From the human T2T-CHM13v2.0 reference genome, Homo sapiens, in NCBI RefSeq assembly GCF_009914755.1, contig NC_060927.1: a stretch of 64,000 nt of DNA; one strand, given 5' to 3'. The notes beneath the pieces were generated by a model. It was not told the DNA's origin and searched no databases. It worked only from the letters and a program-made list of their open reading frames with translations. Every line of letters begins with the position of its first letter. Positions within the stretch are counted from its first letter, which is position 1. A program made the position numbers and the translations under genes. This document shows, piece by piece, positions 61,091 to 64,000 of this stretch.

Positions 61091-62087
61091 TATAACAGGT
61101 TATTTCAAAAACCTATCAACAAAATTAAAGTTACCAGTACTTACTCTTAAACAGTATGCTACACAGTTTATTACAAAGTAGTATTTTAGCTTATTGCCTA
61201 ATTATATTTTCTATGTGTAGTATAAATACATATGGCATGTGAGAGGTTTTATCTTTTATACAAACTGCAGGAAGACAGAAGCAACTGTGGGGTAACTTAA
61301 TTAATATTGGACTTGGGTTTGCATATAGGCTCCATCACTTAATTTCTTTAAACCAGCTTGTACAATGTGAAAATTGTAAATTTGTGCTATATAATAAATC
61401 CCAACTTTGAACAGACTATTCCAATGTCAACAGGCTTCTACTTAAAGTCCAGGATAGATAAGCCAAAAGATAAATTATATTGAAAATATGTATCTTTTAT
61501 TACCTTAAAAATCTTCAACACAATGTATTTTGAAGCAGTATCACAGAGGAATTGAGGTCAATATGTCACATGAAAGGTTTTTTGGCATTCTTGAGAGAAT
61601 CAACAATGAACTGTCTTCAGATTCAGAAAAAGAACAGCAGTATCAACTCTACTCACAGTGATCCTATCACAATCAGCCATACTCAAAGTTCTGACTTAAG
61701 GACAATTACCATTTAATCGTAATTTCTTCTCAATCTAGATAGCTTAGTAAAACACAGTATACATATAAAGGGCAATAATAAAAACATTAACAAAACTCAT
61801 CTTTTATCAATTTGTGTATATTTTAAGAGTGCTGATAAAAAATTATCCAGAATAATGTTATGTAACACCAAACTTAATAGCAATTTTAAAGAATTTTTCT
61901 TGTTCGTAATGTCTTTTTCATTTTTTACTGCCTCATGTGCCGCAAGGTGTGTCTTCCAGTTAAAACTTTGCAAGATGTTAGAGAAAACATCTTTGCAAGA
62001 TGTTAGAGAAAACAGTATCAAACTAGATTAATGACATGTCAGAAGTAAAAGCTGTTCTGTAAAGATTTTAAAATATTAAATATTAGT

Positions 62088-62395
62088 GGCTGGGCACGGT
62101 GGCTCATGCCTGTAATCCCAGGACTTTGGGAGGTTGAGGTGGGAAGATCAATTGAGGTCAGTTAGAGACCAGTCTGGCCAACATGGTGAAAGCCCGTCTC
62201 TACTAAAAATAAAAAGTTATTCAGGCGTGGTGGCAGGTGCCTGTAATCCCGCTACTCGGGAAGCTGAGTTGGGAGAATCGCTTGATCAAGGGAGGCAGAG
62301 GTTGCAGTGAGCTGAGATTGTGCCACTGCCCTCCAGCCTGGGCAACAGAGCAAGACTCTGTCTCAAAATAAATAAATAAATAAATAAAAATAAAA
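62088..62395 (+). mobile_element. Alu with (TAAA)n tail
   Basis: Sense dimer; TSD taaaatattaaata.tag. Confidence 0.9.
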
Positions 62396-62449
62396 TATTA
62401 AATACTAGAGAAAATGTTTCATTTGTCCCTTTGTGAAACACAGTTTTAC

Positions 62450-62646
62450 CTTTTGGTTCTTGCACAATGAGGTGTGTACATTCATTCATTTTCAATTGTC
62501 CCATGTATTGACCTCCATGCTTAACTGTGAGTTGCTGAACTTCTTTCCTGTCTAAGCCACATAAGCCAGTCACACAGATTATGCAACCAAGAAAAATAGG
62601 ACACTTGAAATCTTCCATGTTTATATCAGTATATCTAGTTATTTTT
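62450..62646 (-). CDS. TOPBP1: TOPBP1 exon 6 (BRCT2: [16 protein letters not shown]...QEPK)
   Basis: cacag|A AAA...AAG|gtaaaa; 197 nt. Confidence 0.96.
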
Positions 62647-63835
62647 CTGTGGGAATCAAATGGTTAAAAAAGAACATATTAAATTTACCAGAAGAATAAT
62701 GAAAAACAACACAAATATCACTATTGCTTCCCTCATTTTTTAGGATTTATAATCTTTTTTTTACAAAGGAGAACCACCAAAACAGAATTACACTAATTGT
62801 TCACCTAGTTCAATAACATGTCTCTAAAACAAAGTAATTGTTTCAGATACAGTCTCTCAAAACCATTTTAAGGGAAAAATATATATTTCCTTAACTCTAG
62901 CCCTTGCTGGTCATAGTATATTTTCCAAAATGATAAGTCTGAATCTCTACTTAAAAACCCAAAGGTAATTTGGTTGCCTATTAGATAAATGAACTTTTTA
63001 ATCTTTCCATTATTCTATACAAGTAAAAGCAATGATTTTTGGCAAAATACCAACAAAAATATCATTATTCTGTTGCCATGCTAGGGAGGTGTGCTGATGA
63101 AGTAATCACATTGGGAATGAGAGTTGCTGACATGGAGACATATTTGGGATATGCTGGATGGTGTTGAAAACAAGCCCAGAAAAGTGCCGATATAATTCGT
63201 ATGCCAATACAATTCTGTGGTGTTTGGTCTTGTGGTTGTTTATCTAGTTGCAGGGGAAACTGAAGTGTGCCCCTTGAAATAGGCTCTAAGCTCCATGAGG
63301 GAAGTGACTATCTTGTTTTGCTTACTACATATACCTAATGCCTACCTCAGGTCAGATACGTAAAATGGGCTCAATTAGCATTTATTAAATGATCACCTCT
63401 CAGCTGATGACTTGCATATGTTTATATTCAACCTTACATATGCCATCTTTTGGAAGGAATGCAACTGCCAAAATGACTAATTTATTATCTATCTTAACAT
63501 ATGGGAATGGTGTTGAAGGATAATGCAACATAAAAGCTACAGAATTGCCAAACTCGTTTTCTCAATTATTTCAGAAATATTTACAGCTGAGAACTTTATC
63601 ACCAAAGCATTTCCTACTCTGTAGCTAATGCTAAACCCTTGGCCCATTCTATGCCTGTCAACTTATATCTTGGTAATAAGAGCTTGTAGATTCTGCTCTT
63701 CCGTTTTCGCTGGAGAAAAGAGTAATGACACTATTTTTTTCCCTGAATAGTAAGTCCAAAGAGTATATCACATGCCAAAAATGATTGAATCCATCATTTT
63801 TTCAAATCTAGAAAATATAAAAATGTCTTTCTTAC

Positions 63836-64000
63836 TTCTCTTGTGACTTCTCCCAAAGTGTTTTTATCCAAGAGGGAAGCAAAATAGGTTTCTTCAGGTT
63901 TGCAGCAACTAAATATTTTTTGCTACCAACTTCTCCTGCAATAAGGTGAGTTACTGATACATTAAGGTCTCTGTATACTCGTCCGCCCATCATTTGTACA
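63836..64000 (-). CDS. TOPBP1: TOPBP1 exon 5, partial (BRCT1: [13 protein letters not shown]...KSQE)
   Basis: Open frame runs off the window edge; donor GAA|gtaaga at 63835. Confidence 0.95.

Noticed and set aside
63060-63260. Balanced-composition stretch resembling a retrocopy (also 20590-20900)
   Set aside because: No recognisable translation, poly(A) tail or TSD; a BLAST search would be needed.

Overview
Primate, almost certainly human, genomic DNA. The window holds most of TOPBP1 (DNA topoisomerase II-binding protein 1, the BRCT-repeat scaffold and ATR activator) on the minus strand: 24 coding exons, from the 3' part of exon 5 at the right edge to the terminal exon 28 (stop at 8403-8405, tandem AATAAA at 7817-7829). 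All introns read GT-AG. Exon lengths keep one open frame and back-count to the canonical 1522-aa numbering (W1145, S1138 and S1159 land correctly). The first ~7.8 kb is repeat-rich sequence downstream of the gene. The introns and flank contain ~45 Alus, old L1/L2/MIR fragments, MaLR LTRs and hAT/Tigger DNA-transposon fossils. I see no new multi-gene system. The best second-look items are: a ~430-bp fold-back inverted duplication in the last intron; a COX6C retrocopy with pre-anthropoid residues; Cys309 and Gln457 alleles; an L1 3' transduction; a Y3 RNA 3'-fragment retrocopy; two Pumilio elements gated by alternative polyadenylation; and several unusual splice-site features. Exon numbers, repeat subfamily names and reference alleles come from recall, not from database searches. 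Repeat boundaries are approximate.
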